This document shows positions 1 to 9,125 of a stretch of DNA of 64,000 bases, one piece after another; position 1 is the stretch's first letter, and every line of letters starts with the position of its first letter. The position numbers were made by a program, and so were the translations under genes. The notes under the pieces were generated by a model. The model was not told the origin of the DNA. It did not search any database and was given only the letters and a program-made list of their open reading frames with translations. This DNA comes from Christensenellaceae bacterium (GTDB taxonomy: Bacteria > Bacillota > Clostridia > Christensenellales > Borkfalkiaceae). The stretch lies in NCBI GenBank assembly GCA_045612585.1, contig JAZKZI010000048.1, forward strand, positions 2,797 to 66,796, given 5' to 3'.

Positions 1-546
1 GATACGGTTATCGGAACAATTCACGAAAAAGACTTCTTTAACGCTTATCTCGCTGGCAAAAAAGGTATTGACGGCATAATGCAAAATGCCTTCTACACTA
101 CCGAACACGCCAAAATTTCAGACCTATTAAAGCAACTTCAAAAGAAAAAACTTCATATTGCTGTCGTTTTAGACGAATATGGTGGAACACTTGGTCTTCT
201 TACTATGGAAGATATCTTAGAAGAGTTGGTTGGCGAAATTTATGACGAGCACGATGAAATTATCAATTACTTTAAGGATATAAACGAAACAACTTGTATT
301 GTTGACGGAAACGCACCTGTAAACGAAACTTTCGAAAAGTTCGGCTTAAAAGATGACGAATCTGTTGATGCAAACACAATGAGTGGGTTTGTTATTGAGC
401 AACTTGGAATTATCCCACACGCTGGATATCAATTTGAATACCAAAACATTTCAATAGAAGTATTAAAATCAACCGTTAAAAGAGTGTTGCAAATGAAAAT
501 CACTATTAACGAACAAGTTGATGAATCTAACGATACAAATGAATAA
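1..546 (+). CDS. HlyC/CorC (CNNM) family transporter, C-terminal CBS-pair plus CorC_HlyC part; 5' end outside the window
   Basis: Frame 1 is open from base 1 (DTVIGTIHEKDFF...) into the listed ORF. HIAVVLDEYGGTLGLLTMEDILEELVGEI is typical of this family. Confidence 0.8.
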   Translation, partial: DTVIGTIHEKDFFNAYLAGKKGIDGIMQNAFYTTEHAKISDLLKQLQKKKLHIAVVLDEYGGTLGLLTMEDILEELVGEIYDEHDEIINYFKDINETTCIVDGNAPVNETFEKFGLKDDESVDANTMSGFVIEQLGIIPHAGYQFEYQNISIEVLKSTVKRVLQMKITINEQVDESNDTNE

Positions 547-557
547 TAATTAAAAAG

Positions 558-585
558 ACTGCTACTTAAATTTTTAAGTAGCAGT
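558..585 (+). terminator. Hairpin after the CorC-like gene (weak T-tract, tRNA follows directly)
   Basis: actgctactta / taagtagcagt inverted repeat 12 nt after the stop codon. Confidence 0.4.
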
Positions 586-588
586 TAT

Positions 589-665
589 GCACTTGTCGCC
601 CAACTGGATAGGGCATCAGATTCCGATTCTGAAGGTTATAGGTTCGAACCCTGTCAAGTGCGCCA
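589..665 (+). tRNA. tRNA-Arg (anticodon CCG)
   Basis: Hand-folded cloverleaf: acceptor gcacttg/caagtgc, anticodon stem tcaga/tctga with loop ttCCGat, T-loop ttcgaac, encoded CCA. Confidence 0.9.
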
Positions 666-667
666 TA

Positions 668-698
668 AGGCTATAAGTTTTCGCTTGTAGCCTTTTTT
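668..698 (+). terminator. Intrinsic terminator after tRNA-Arg
   Basis: aggctataag/cttgtagcct stem followed by T6. Confidence 0.7.
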
Positions 699-797
699 AT
701 TGCTTGAAAAACTTTCAAGTGAATTTCTTGATAAAAGTAAAACAGTTTTCTTTACAATATGTTATAATGCTTATGATAAATTTTTTAGGAGCAAACA

Positions 798-1829
798 ATG
801 AACAACTTTGGCGCATTTTTTAGACAAAAACGACAAGAAAAAAACTTGACGCAAAAACAACTTGCAAGTTTATTGTTCGTTTCCGAATCAACCATAAGCA
901 AGTGGGAAAAAAACGTTGCCCACCCAGACATTGCTCTTTTGCCTAAAATTTGTGAAATTTTAGAAGTTTCCGAACATGAACTTATAACGGCAAGCATTGA
1001 TAACGACGCAAGAACTGAAAAAGTACAAGCAAAAAAGTGGCGCACGCTTTCTCTTTCATGGAGTTTGTTTTGGTATATTGCTTATGCCCTTGCGATAATA
1101 CCGTGTTTTATATGCAATCTTGCAATAGATAAAACACTTTCTTGGTTTTGGATTGTTGTTTGTGCGCTTTTGCTTTCGTTCACCTTTACAAATCTTCCAA
1201 AACTGATTAAAAAGCATAAACTAATTATTTTACCACTTTGCATGTATTTATCGTTATGTTTGCTTTTGGGTGTTTGTTGCCTTTATACTAATGGAAATTG
1301 GTTTTTTATTGCATCATTATCAGTTTTACTTGGCTTAACAATGATTTTTATGCCGATATATATTTCAAAATATAAAGTTTTTGCAAAAATAAGAAAATAT
1401 AACGGTTTTATCTCTATTGCAATAGATTTTCTCGTTCTAAATATTTTGCTTTTCACAATAAACGTTTTGAACTTGAATTTGGGGTGGTGGTATTTTAATC
1501 TTGCCTTGCCTATTGCAAGTGGCATTTACTTGGTCATAAACATATTGCTTTCTATAAGGTTTATAAAAATCAACAAACTTTTTAAGTCAAGTTTAATTCT
1601 ATTTTTAATTGCTTTTATTTTGTATTTGCCACCAATATTTATAAATGTTAACAACCCTGCACTACAAAATGAATTTAATGATATCAATATTTTAAGGGCA
1701 AACTTATCTAATTGGCAAGTTAATTATATTGAAAACAACGTGCATCTTATAGTCTTTTTAAGCCTTTTGCTCGTGTCGGCTATATTCTTTATTTTTGGAC
1801 TTGTTCGTAAGTTAAAAAAATCTAAATAG
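798..1829 (+). CDS. XRE-family HTH domain fused to a polytopic membrane domain
   Basis: N-terminus FGAFFRQKRQEKNLTQKQLASLLFVSESTISKWEKNVAHPDIALLPKICEILEVSEHELI is a classic HTH_XRE; the remaining ~270 aa are hydrophobic helices. Confidence 0.75.
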   Translation: MNNFGAFFRQKRQEKNLTQKQLASLLFVSESTISKWEKNVAHPDIALLPKICEILEVSEHELITASIDNDARTEKVQAKKWRTLSLSWSLFWYIAYALAIIPCFICNLAIDKTLSWFWIVVCALLLSFTFTNLPKLIKKHKLIILPLCMYLSLCLLLGVCCLYTNGNWFFIASLSVLLGLTMIFMPIYISKYKVFAKIRKYNGFISIAIDFLVLNILLFTINVLNLNLGWWYFNLALPIASGIYLVINILLSIRFIKINKLFKSSLILFLIAFILYLPPIFINVNNPALQNEFNDINILRANLSNWQVNYIENNVHLIVFLSLLLVSAIFFIFGLVRKLKKSK

Positions 1830-1872
1830 CATAAACAATATATATTATATATAAAATTTTATATACAAATAA

Positions 1873-1903
1873 AAAAGCACTTTGTAATTTACAAAGTGCT
1901 TTT
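1873..1903. terminator. Bidirectional terminator between the HTH-membrane gene and pckG
   Basis: aaaagcactttgt / acaaagtgctttt with A/T tracts on both sides. Confidence 0.7.
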
Positions 1904-1919
1904 AGTTTTTTTCTTAAAC

Positions 1920-3695
1920 TTATTTATCTAAGTTTTTCTTTAAGGTTTCAAGTTGAGCGTAAAGTTCAGCAGGAACTCTTGTTAATTCGCCATAGAAACC
2001 TTCGATACCTTCTGCTTCTTTCTTCCAGTTTTCTGTATCAATTGTGAGAAGTTCTTTGATTGTATCTAAGTTAACGTCTTCTAAACCTTCGATATTGATA
2101 TCTTCTGCCTTTGGAACGAAACCAATAGGTGTTTCAACAGCATCAACCTTGTCTTCACAACGAGCGATAATCCATTCAAGAACACGCATGTTGTCACCAA
2201 AACCAGGCCAAATGAAGTTGCCGTTGTCATCAGTTCTGAACCAGTTAACGTTGAAAATCTTTGGCTTGTTAGAAATCTTTTCGCCCATTTCAATCCAGTG
2301 TGCAAAATAGTCACCCATGTTGTAGCCAACGAATGGTCTCATAGCCATAGGGTCACGACGAACAACACCAACAGCGCCTGTTGCAGCAGCAGTTGTTTCA
2401 CTTGCCATGATTGAGCCTACGAACACACCATTGTTCCAATCTCTTGATTGATATACAAGTGGAGCAGTTTTTGCTCTTCTTCCACCGAATACGATTGCTT
2501 CTAGTGGAACACCGTCTGGTGCTTCAAACTTATCAGAAATGCAAGGGCAGTTGATAGCTGGAGCTGTGAAACGGCTGTTAGGGTGAGCGCCCTTGATAGC
2601 CTTGCCTTCAGCATCTTTCATATCGCCGTTCCAAGGATTTCCTTTCCAGTCGATAGCGTTCTTTGGAGGGTTCTTATCAAGACCTTCCCACCAAACTGTG
2701 TTGTCATCAAGATTTTGAACAACGTTTGTGAAGATTGTGTTTTTCATTGTAGAGAGAAGTGCGTTAGGGTTAGACTTCATGTTTGTTCCAGGTGCAACAC
2801 CGAAGAAACCGTTTTCTGGGTTTACTGCCCAAAGTCTTCCATCAGCGCCAACTCTAATCCAAGCGATGTCATCGCCTACGCATTCAATTTCATAACCCTT
2901 TTCAAGATATGACTTAGGTGGGATAAGCATTGCGAGGTTTGTTTTACCGCAAGCACTTGGGAAAGCAGCTGCGATATATTTCTTTTCTCCATTTGGTTTT
3001 TTGATACCAAGGATAAGCATGTGTTCAGCCATCCAACCTTCGTTTTTACCAAGGAAAGATGCAATTCTTAAAGCAAAGCACTTTTTACCTAAAAGAACGT
3101 TTCCACCATAGTTAGAGTTGATAGACATAATTGTGTTTTCTTCTGGGAAGTGCATGATGTATCTCTTTTCTTCAGAAAGTTCTGCATAAGAGTGTAAGCC
3201 CTTAATGAAGTCGCCATCGCCTAAAGCATCAACAACAGCCTTGCCAACTCTTGTCATGATAGCCATGTTGAGAACAACGTAAACAGAGTCAGTAAGTTCG
3301 ATACCGATTTTAGAGAATTTAGAACCAACTGCACCCATTGAATAAGGGATAACGTACATTGTTCTGCCTTTCATAACGCCTTTAAACAAATCGTTCATAA
3401 GGTTCATAGCTTCTGTTGTTTCCATCCAGTTGTTTATTGGAGCAGAGTCTTCTTTTTTCTTAGAACAAATAAAAGTTCTGCCTTCTACTCTAGCAACGTC
3501 GTTAACTGTTGTACGGTGTAGATAACAGCCTGGTAATTTTTCTTGATTAAGTTTAATAAGAATCTTTTCTTCAACTGCTTGATTTCTTAGTGCTTCAAGT
3601 TGTTCTTCGCTACCGTCAATCCAAACAATATTATCTGGTTGACAAAGTTCTTTTGCTTGATTGATAAAATCAATAACCTTTTTGTTGTTTGTCAT
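1920..3695 (-). CDS. pckG: Phosphoenolpyruvate carboxykinase (GTP)
   Basis: 591 aa; kinase-1a motif AAAFPSACGKTNLAML and GWMAEHMLILG are typical of GTP-dependent PEPCK. Confidence 0.95.
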   Translation of the reverse strand: MTNNKKVIDFINQAKELCQPDNIVWIDGSEEQLEALRNQAVEEKILIKLNQEKLPGCYLHRTTVNDVARVEGRTFICSKKKEDSAPINNWMETTEAMNLMNDLFKGVMKGRTMYVIPYSMGAVGSKFSKIGIELTDSVYVVLNMAIMTRVGKAVVDALGDGDFIKGLHSYAELSEEKRYIMHFPEENTIMSINSNYGGNVLLGKKCFALRIASFLGKNEGWMAEHMLILGIKKPNGEKKYIAAAFPSACGKTNLAMLIPPKSYLEKGYEIECVGDDIAWIRVGADGRLWAVNPENGFFGVAPGTNMKSNPNALLSTMKNTIFTNVVQNLDDNTVWWEGLDKNPPKNAIDWKGNPWNGDMKDAEGKAIKGAHPNSRFTAPAINCPCISDKFEAPDGVPLEAIVFGGRRAKTAPLVYQSRDWNNGVFVGSIMASETTAAATGAVGVVRRDPMAMRPFVGYNMGDYFAHWIEMGEKISNKPKIFNVNWFRTDDNGNFIWPGFGDNMRVLEWIIARCEDKVDAVETPIGFVPKAEDINIEGLEDVNLDTIKELLTIDTENWKKEAEGIEGFYGELTRVPAELYAQLETLKKNLDK

Positions 3696-3903
3696 AATAG
3701 TTCTCCTTATGTATTTTCGGACCCTTCCGATTAAAATTTTTTCACAATGACATAAAATTATTTAGAAAATCTAGGTTATATTTTGTAGTTCACTCTTTAA
3801 TTTAATGCTAATACTTTATCTTAAATAGTAAGCTATTCTACAAAAACCTTAACTTCCCACAAGATATAGTTTATCATAGATTTTGTCAAATGTAAAGATT
3901 TTG

Positions 3904-3942
3904 AGTTGTCTTTTTGTAAAAATTTTACAGCAAAAGACAACT
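3904..3942. promoter_or_regulatory. Long near-perfect palindrome in the pckG / orphan-gene divergent intergenic region
   Basis: agttgtctttt (3904-3914) pairs with aaaagacaact (3932-3942); the centre TGTAAAA-A-TTTTACA (3915-3929) is itself a perfect palindrome. Confidence 0.5.
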
Positions 3943-4088
3943 TTTGTGACCAGCTTTTTGAAATTTGCTAAATATTAACACGTTTTGACAAAATTATAAC
4001 TTTTTAAACTTTTTTATTCATATATAATATATGTAAATACAAGCATTCGGTGATAGCGAATTAAAAAATAAGGCAAGGGCAAACGACT

Positions 4089-5171
4089 ATGGATTACGTA
4101 AAAAAAGTGATGATGCTAAGGCGTGTTGAAACAACAACCGTCAGTGCAAAGTCTTTAAGCGTGCTTGCACGTGTTGAAATTGAAAGTGGGGTGGGGGAGT
4201 TTTATATTTCGGTGGTAAATTTACCTACCTTTAACAAAAAAACAAATTATTATGCACTTGTTATAGATAGCAAGGGAAAAGATTTTGAGTTTGATTTAGG
4301 AAGTCGGCCAACTTCAAACGTTAAAACCTTTTATGAAGCCCCAAGCGTGATAGACGGCGTTGCGATAGGCTTATACTGCACGAGCGAGCAGATTCCTATA
4401 ACGCTTGCTTTTGCAAGTCAAGGTTGTGGCATTTGCTTGCAAGAATTTAAAAAAATTGTTGCAGATAAATGTCTTTTAAGGTTTAAGCAAAACATAAAAG
4501 AACAGGAGTGTAAGTGTCAAAAAGAAAATAGTGAGTGTGAAAATTTAGAGCAAAAAAATTTAAGTGATAAAATATTAACGCAATATAACGACGAGGCTGT
4601 TGCAACCGAAAATTATTATGAGTTAGAAGATGAAATAAAATTAAAAATTAAAACAATAAAGGAAAATAAAAGTGAAAATTTATTCTTTGAAAATGAGTTT
4701 GCTTATAACTCAAGCAAAAAAACGGAGGAAGAAGAACTGCCTTTCACTTACGGCGCTCAAGATGAAGCGAACGCTTGTGAGTGCCAAAAGAATAAAAACA
4801 TAAAAGAAAATGAACTTAAACAAAGTTTAGATTGTGAAAACGGCAATTACTACGATGGTGTTAAAAATGAACTTGAGCAGATATTTTATTCTTATTCTAG
4901 AGAAGAAGGTCTTGAAAAGGTTTTTAGTGAAAGTAAGTGGGCTAAAATTTTTTACACAAAGGATAAATATTACGTGGTAGGATTAATTTTTGAGCAAGCC
5001 AAAGAAAAATATATATGCTATGGCGTGCCGTCTCGCTATTCAAAAACGCCACCAACAGGTCTTGAAGGATGTTCTTCTTTTATTCCACTTTCTATATTCG
5101 ACATGTTTGGAGATGGCTATTTTATAATGTTTCAAGATGCCAAAACAGGTAAATGCGTGCATCTTAATTAA
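4089..5171 (+). CDS. Hypothetical protein with an E/K/C-rich central region and a conserved-looking C-terminal domain
   Basis: 360-aa ORF with no family I can name confidently; C-terminus YICYGVPSRYSKTPP...GDGYFIMFQDAKTGKCV resembles a Clostridia-specific DUF (memory only). Confidence 0.6.
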   Translation: MDYVKKVMMLRRVETTTVSAKSLSVLARVEIESGVGEFYISVVNLPTFNKKTNYYALVIDSKGKDFEFDLGSRPTSNVKTFYEAPSVIDGVAIGLYCTSEQIPITLAFASQGCGICLQEFKKIVADKCLLRFKQNIKEQECKCQKENSECENLEQKNLSDKILTQYNDEAVATENYYELEDEIKLKIKTIKENKSENLFFENEFAYNSSKKTEEEELPFTYGAQDEANACECQKNKNIKENELKQSLDCENGNYYDGVKNELEQIFYSYSREEGLEKVFSESKWAKIFYTKDKYYVVGLIFEQAKEKYICYGVPSRYSKTPPTGLEGCSSFIPLSIFDMFGDGYFIMFQDAKTGKCVHLN

Positions 5172-5288
5172 TCTACATATCTTAAAGATTGTTTCAAGCT
5201 ATGCATTTATATTGCCATAAACGGGGTTTTGTGTTAAAATAATATATGTAATAATAAATAATGTAAACAAAACAACAAAGGAAAAGAC

Positions 5289-5768
5289 ATGAAAAAGATT
5301 ATGTTTGTTTGCCATGGAAATATATGCCGTTCACCTATGGCAGAGTTTTTGATGAAAGAGCTTGTTAAAGAAAAGGGCAAAGAAAAAGAGTATTTTATCC
5401 GTTCATCGGCAACCAGTAGTGAAGAGCTTTATAATCCCGTGCATTATGGCACAAGAAAAATTCTAAACAGCCGTGGGATAGACTGCCGAGATAAGCGTGC
5501 AGAAAAACTTGATAGAAGCGATTATGATAAGTATGACTACTTTGTTTGTATGGATAGTAGAAACATGACCAACATGCTTAGAATTTTTGGGCAAGATAAG
5601 GATAATAAATGCACAAAATTATTAGATTATACAGATTATCCAAGAGACGTTGCAGACCCTTATTGGACGGGTGACTTTAACCAAACTTTAAATGATATTG
5701 AAGATGGCATTGAAAAACTATTTGAGTTTTTAGAAAAAGAAAAAACTGGGCAAAAAAAGAGTAATTAA
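5289..5768 (+). CDS. Low-molecular-weight protein tyrosine phosphatase
   Basis: N-terminal P-loop FVCHGNICRSPMAE (CX5R-S) and a DPYW acid-loop region. Confidence 0.9.
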   Translation: MKKIMFVCHGNICRSPMAEFLMKELVKEKGKEKEYFIRSSATSSEELYNPVHYGTRKILNSRGIDCRDKRAEKLDRSDYDKYDYFVCMDSRNMTNMLRIFGQDKDNKCTKLLDYTDYPRDVADPYWTGDFNQTLNDIEDGIEKLFEFLEKEKTGQKKSN

Positions 5769-5782
5769 TAATCTAAAAAATA

Positions 5783-5811
5783 TTGACAAGCATATATCAA
5801 TATGCTAAACT
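5783..5811 (+). promoter_or_regulatory. Sigma-A-type promoter with a 7-bp inverted repeat in its spacer, upstream of the ABC exporter
   Basis: TTGACA (5783-5788), 17 nt, TAAACT (5806-5811); the spacer contains agcatat-atca-atatgct (5789-5806). Confidence 0.5.
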
Positions 5812-5821
5812 AAAATTAATA

Positions 5822-5854
5822 AAAGGCTTTAACTAACGAATAGTTAAAGCCTTT
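5822..5854 (+). terminator. 14-bp hairpin between the LMW-PTP and ABC exporter genes (terminator or leader hairpin)
   Basis: aaaggctttaacta / tagttaaagccttt; it lies downstream of the putative promoter at 5783 and the T-tract is weak. Confidence 0.45.
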
Positions 5855-5885
5855 AACATTGCCATGAGTTTTGTGGGTTAGAAAA

Positions 5886-7754
5886 ATGAAAGAAAAAGAA
5901 TTAGTTAAGTTAAAAAGAAGTGACAATTTTATTCCTGACTATGACTATTTGTTTGACCAAAGTGATGTAGTAAAAAAGCCTAAAAACAAAGGATTTTTTG
6001 GCAAAATTATAATGATAAATAGGTGGCCTATTATACTTTCGCTATTTATTTATCTATTTCAAATGTTGCCTGTTTGGGTGACCCCAATTTTAACGGCTGA
6101 CATAATAAATACCGTTGTAAACGCAATTCAAGTGGGATATGGGATAACGCCAGAGCTACTACAATACATTTGTATAAGGGCAGGCATAATATTGGTTTTG
6201 TTATTATTAAACAACCCAACAACAATTGCAAGATATCGTGTTGTTAGCAAAATGAACAGGCGCACTAGCGCTGGCATTAAAGCATCGGTTGTTAGAAAAC
6301 TTCAACATTTATCAATTACATACCATAAAGATATTCAGTCGGGTAGAATTCAGTCAAAATTCCTTAAAGACACCGAGTCTATAGATATGCTATTATCAAA
6401 CTTAATGCACGGCGTTTTGCTTTGCGTGATAAACATTATAATAGCAACTGGTATATCATTATATAATAATGGATTGGTTTCGCTCTTTTTCTTGCTTGTT
6501 ATACCTTTTAACGTAATTTTAACCAAATTTTTTAGAAAAAAATTAAGGCAAAATTATAGAGATTATAGAATTAAAACAGAAGATATGAGTGCAAAGATGA
6601 GCACAATGCTTGAAATGCTTCCTGTCACAAAATCGCACGGATTAGAGCAAACGGAAATCACGCATTTTAACAAAACTATTAAGGCACTTGCTGGCTCTGG
6701 GCTTGAGGTTGATAAAAAGACTGCAAACTTTGGCTCGTGGGTTTATATCGTGAATGCAGGGTTAAGCATGATGTGTGTTGTGTTTTGTTGTTTCCTTGCA
6801 CTAAATGGAACGATAGGGGTTGGCGATATAATCTTATATCAATCTATGTTTAACCAAATAAGCAACTCGGTCACGTCGCTTACAAACCTTGTTCCAGCAA
6901 TAGCATCTGGCACAGAAGCCTTAAACTCAGTTTCGGAAATTATGAACGCAACAGACGTTGAAACTAGCATGGGCAAAAAAAATATCCCTGAAATTGAAGG
7001 GAATATCACTTTTGATAACGTAAGTTATCGCTTTCCAGATGGCGAGCAAGACGTTGTTCATAACTTTAACCTAAAAGTTAAAAAGGGCGAGTGTATTGCC
7101 GTTGTTGGTTCATCAGGCTCAGGAAAGAGCACGCTTATGAACTTAATAATTGGGTTTATGATGCCAAATAGTGGAAAGATTATGATTGATAATAATTCTA
7201 TAGCCGAACTAGATTTATCTAAGTATCGCCACCACATTTCAGTCGTGCCACAAAATAGCATTCTCTTTACAGGCTCTATTAAAGAAAATATCACCTATGG
7301 TATAGAAAAATATTCAGATGAAGACTTAGATAGGGTTGTTGAAATGGCAAACCTACACGAGTTCTTAAAAGACCTTCCTGAAGGCATAGAAACGCAAGTG
7401 GGCGAGCATGGAGGAAAGCTTTCTGGTGGTCAGCGCCAAAGAATTACTATTGCAAGGGCGCTTATTAGAAATCCAAAAATTTTAATACTCGATGAGGCGA
7501 CAAGCGCATTAGACAACATTTCAGAATTCCACGTGCAAAAAGCAATAGCATCTTCTATTAGGGGAAGAACGACCTTTATCGTTGCACACAGGCTTTCAAC
7601 AATTCGTGATGCTGATAGAATTGTGGTTATGGAGCAGGGCGAAATGGTTGAGTGTGGCACATACACTGAACTTATGGCAAAGAAAGGCAAGTTCTATAGA
7701 CTAAAAGAACTAAACGAACTAAATCTAAAGACAGCCGAACAAGGTTTGGCATAA
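5886..7754 (+). CDS. ABC exporter, fused permease/ATPase (MsbA/type-1 exporter fold)
   Basis: 6-TM N-terminal half; Walker A GSSGSGKST, signature LSGGQRQR, Walker B ILILDEATSALD. The ATG at 5886 is preferred over the TTG at 5871. Confidence 0.9.
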   Translation: MKEKELVKLKRSDNFIPDYDYLFDQSDVVKKPKNKGFFGKIIMINRWPIILSLFIYLFQMLPVWVTPILTADIINTVVNAIQVGYGITPELLQYICIRAGIILVLLLLNNPTTIARYRVVSKMNRRTSAGIKASVVRKLQHLSITYHKDIQSGRIQSKFLKDTESIDMLLSNLMHGVLLCVINIIIATGISLYNNGLVSLFFLLVIPFNVILTKFFRKKLRQNYRDYRIKTEDMSAKMSTMLEMLPVTKSHGLEQTEITHFNKTIKALAGSGLEVDKKTANFGSWVYIVNAGLSMMCVVFCCFLALNGTIGVGDIILYQSMFNQISNSVTSLTNLVPAIASGTEALNSVSEIMNATDVETSMGKKNIPEIEGNITFDNVSYRFPDGEQDVVHNFNLKVKKGECIAVVGSSGSGKSTLMNLIIGFMMPNSGKIMIDNNSIAELDLSKYRHHISVVPQNSILFTGSIKENITYGIEKYSDEDLDRVVEMANLHEFLKDLPEGIETQVGEHGGKLSGGQRQRITIARALIRNPKILILDEATSALDNISEFHVQKAIASSIRGRTTFIVAHRLSTIRDADRIVVMEQGEMVECGTYTELMAKKGKFYRLKELNELNLKTAEQGLA

Positions 7755-7772
7755 ATAATTAGGGTCAATGAT

Positions 7773-8291
7773 ATGAAATTTATTAGAAAAAATTTTTTGG
7801 CGTTGTTAGTTATGGCCGTTGCTGTGTTGTCAATAGTTTTGGTGTGTTTTCTTCCGGGTGTTCATGGAAAAGGAAGTCAAGAAAAATATAGCATACATAC
7901 TTTAGGTTTGGTTTTTGGCAATGCCACAATGCACGTTTCTTCAAAAACCTATTCTGCAAGCGTGGCTTTAACGGGAGGCATGTCAGTTTTTGGACTTGTT
8001 TCTGCAGTCACTCTAATAACAGGTGTTATTTTAGCAATTATTTCTATAAAAGTTAGAAATAAAAGTTTAGATTATTACGGCATAGTGTTAGTTATTATTT
8101 CTGGAATATGTATGTTAATGTTGTTTGAAATGGGAACAATGATTAAAGTTAATAATATTCCTTATGAATATAAAGGGTTTGTTTTAATATACGGATTTGA
8201 ATTAGGCGCCGGGGCTATTGTTTATGGAATTACAACAATAGTCGGTGGAATTGTAGGTATTATAATTGAAGAAAATAATTTAATTAGATAA
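7773..8291 (+). CDS. Hypothetical membrane protein (about 4 TM)
   Basis: 172-aa hydrophobic ORF 19 nt after the ABC gene. Confidence 0.65.
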   Translation: MKFIRKNFLALLVMAVAVLSIVLVCFLPGVHGKGSQEKYSIHTLGLVFGNATMHVSSKTYSASVALTGGMSVFGLVSAVTLITGVILAIISIKVRNKSLDYYGIVLVIISGICMLMLFEMGTMIKVNNIPYEYKGFVLIYGFELGAGAIVYGITTIVGGIVGIIIEENNLIR

Positions 8292-8295
8292 AAAG

Positions 8296-8322
8296 AAAAA
8301 GCGAGGTTATCTCGCTTTTTTT
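8296..8322 (+). terminator. Intrinsic terminator
   Basis: aaaaagcgag-gttat-ctcgc followed by T7. Confidence 0.8.
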
Positions 8323-8445
8323 AATATAAAAGTTAGCAATTTTGCAACTGGTTGAATATAATATACAATGTGCATGCAAAATTTGACAAAGATTAATAAG
8401 AAGAAATCTAATCTGCTAAAAATCGACAAAATTTTAAAAAACCTA

Positions 8446-8473
8446 TTGACAAAGATTTTTTTGGGTGTATAAT
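8446..8473 (+). promoter_or_regulatory. Sigma-A-type promoter for the 8572 gene
   Basis: TTGACA (8446-8451), 16 nt, TATAAT (8468-8473). Confidence 0.6.
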
Positions 8474-8571
8474 TAAAATATCAAAAATTTTAAGCAAGAG
8501 CCATGGCTCTTCTGCGTGTAAACACGCAGAATCTCGCTTGATGGCTTATTTGCAAAAAAGGAGAGAGGGTT

Positions 8572-9063
8572 ATGAAACTCACATTAAAAAAGATTTTGGC
8601 ACTAGTAGCTGGTGGCTTAGCTGTAATCGCATTTATTATGGCTTTCCTTTCACCACTTAAGAGCGAATCACCATTTGGTGTTGTTAACGCAGAAGCAGCT
8701 GACATATGGTTTGAAGATGGTGGAACAATTATTCCATTTATCGCATTTATAGTTGCTTTACTTGCAGGCGCATACCTAATCGTTAGACAATTTATTAGCA
8801 TTCCTAAGGATAATACAATTTTCTGGGTTGCTATCGGTTTATTGGTTGCTGCTGCAGTTGTTATTTTCTTAACAGAAACATTATATATTGGTTCTCAAAT
8901 CGCTTACTTAAAAGATTTGGGCGCACCAGCAACATATCTTGAAGGTGCTAAAACAGACATGGCAAAAGCTCTTGGTCTTGGAATAGGTACACTTTTAGGT
9001 GGCATACTTGCTGCTTTATCTGCTGTTTGTGCAGTTGTTTCTGAAAAATTCATTAAAGACTAA
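8572..9063 (+). CDS. Hypothetical membrane protein (about 4 TM)
   Basis: 163-aa ORF with SD aaaaggagagagg 6 nt upstream; hydrophobic, Gly/Ala-rich helices. Confidence 0.75.
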   Translation: MKLTLKKILALVAGGLAVIAFIMAFLSPLKSESPFGVVNAEAADIWFEDGGTIIPFIAFIVALLAGAYLIVRQFISIPKDNTIFWVAIGLLVAAAVVIFLTETLYIGSQIAYLKDLGAPATYLEGAKTDMAKALGLGIGTLLGGILAALSAVCAVVSEKFIKD

Positions 9064-9078
9064 TTAATAAAACAAACA

Positions 9079-9109
9079 AAAAGCGAGAGAATTTTTCTCT
9101 CGCTTTTTT
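9079..9109. terminator. Bidirectional terminator
   Basis: aagcgagaga / tctctcgctt flanked by an A-tract and a T-tract. Confidence 0.8.
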
Positions 9110-9125
9110 ACTTTTTAAAGTAAAT

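Noticed and set aside
785-1045. 86-aa minus-strand ORF overlapping the start of the HTH-membrane gene
   Set aside because: It is antisense to a well-supported HTH-encoding frame, has no SD and is low-complexity. The same reasoning applies to most internal antisense ORFs in the track (for example 2044-2310, 10670-11026, 17705-18094, 24928-25356, 43202-43507).
5289-7754. LMW-PTP plus ABC exporter as part of a capsule tyrosine-kinase/phosphatase system
   Set aside because: There is no BY-kinase, Wzz-like or polysaccharide gene nearby, and the exporter has its own promoter. The adjacency is probably coincidental.
8490-8801. 103-aa minus-strand ORF across the 8572 leader and gene start
   Set aside because: It is antisense to a membrane-protein frame that has a strong SD. 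Its 3' part is simply the palindromic leader read backwards.
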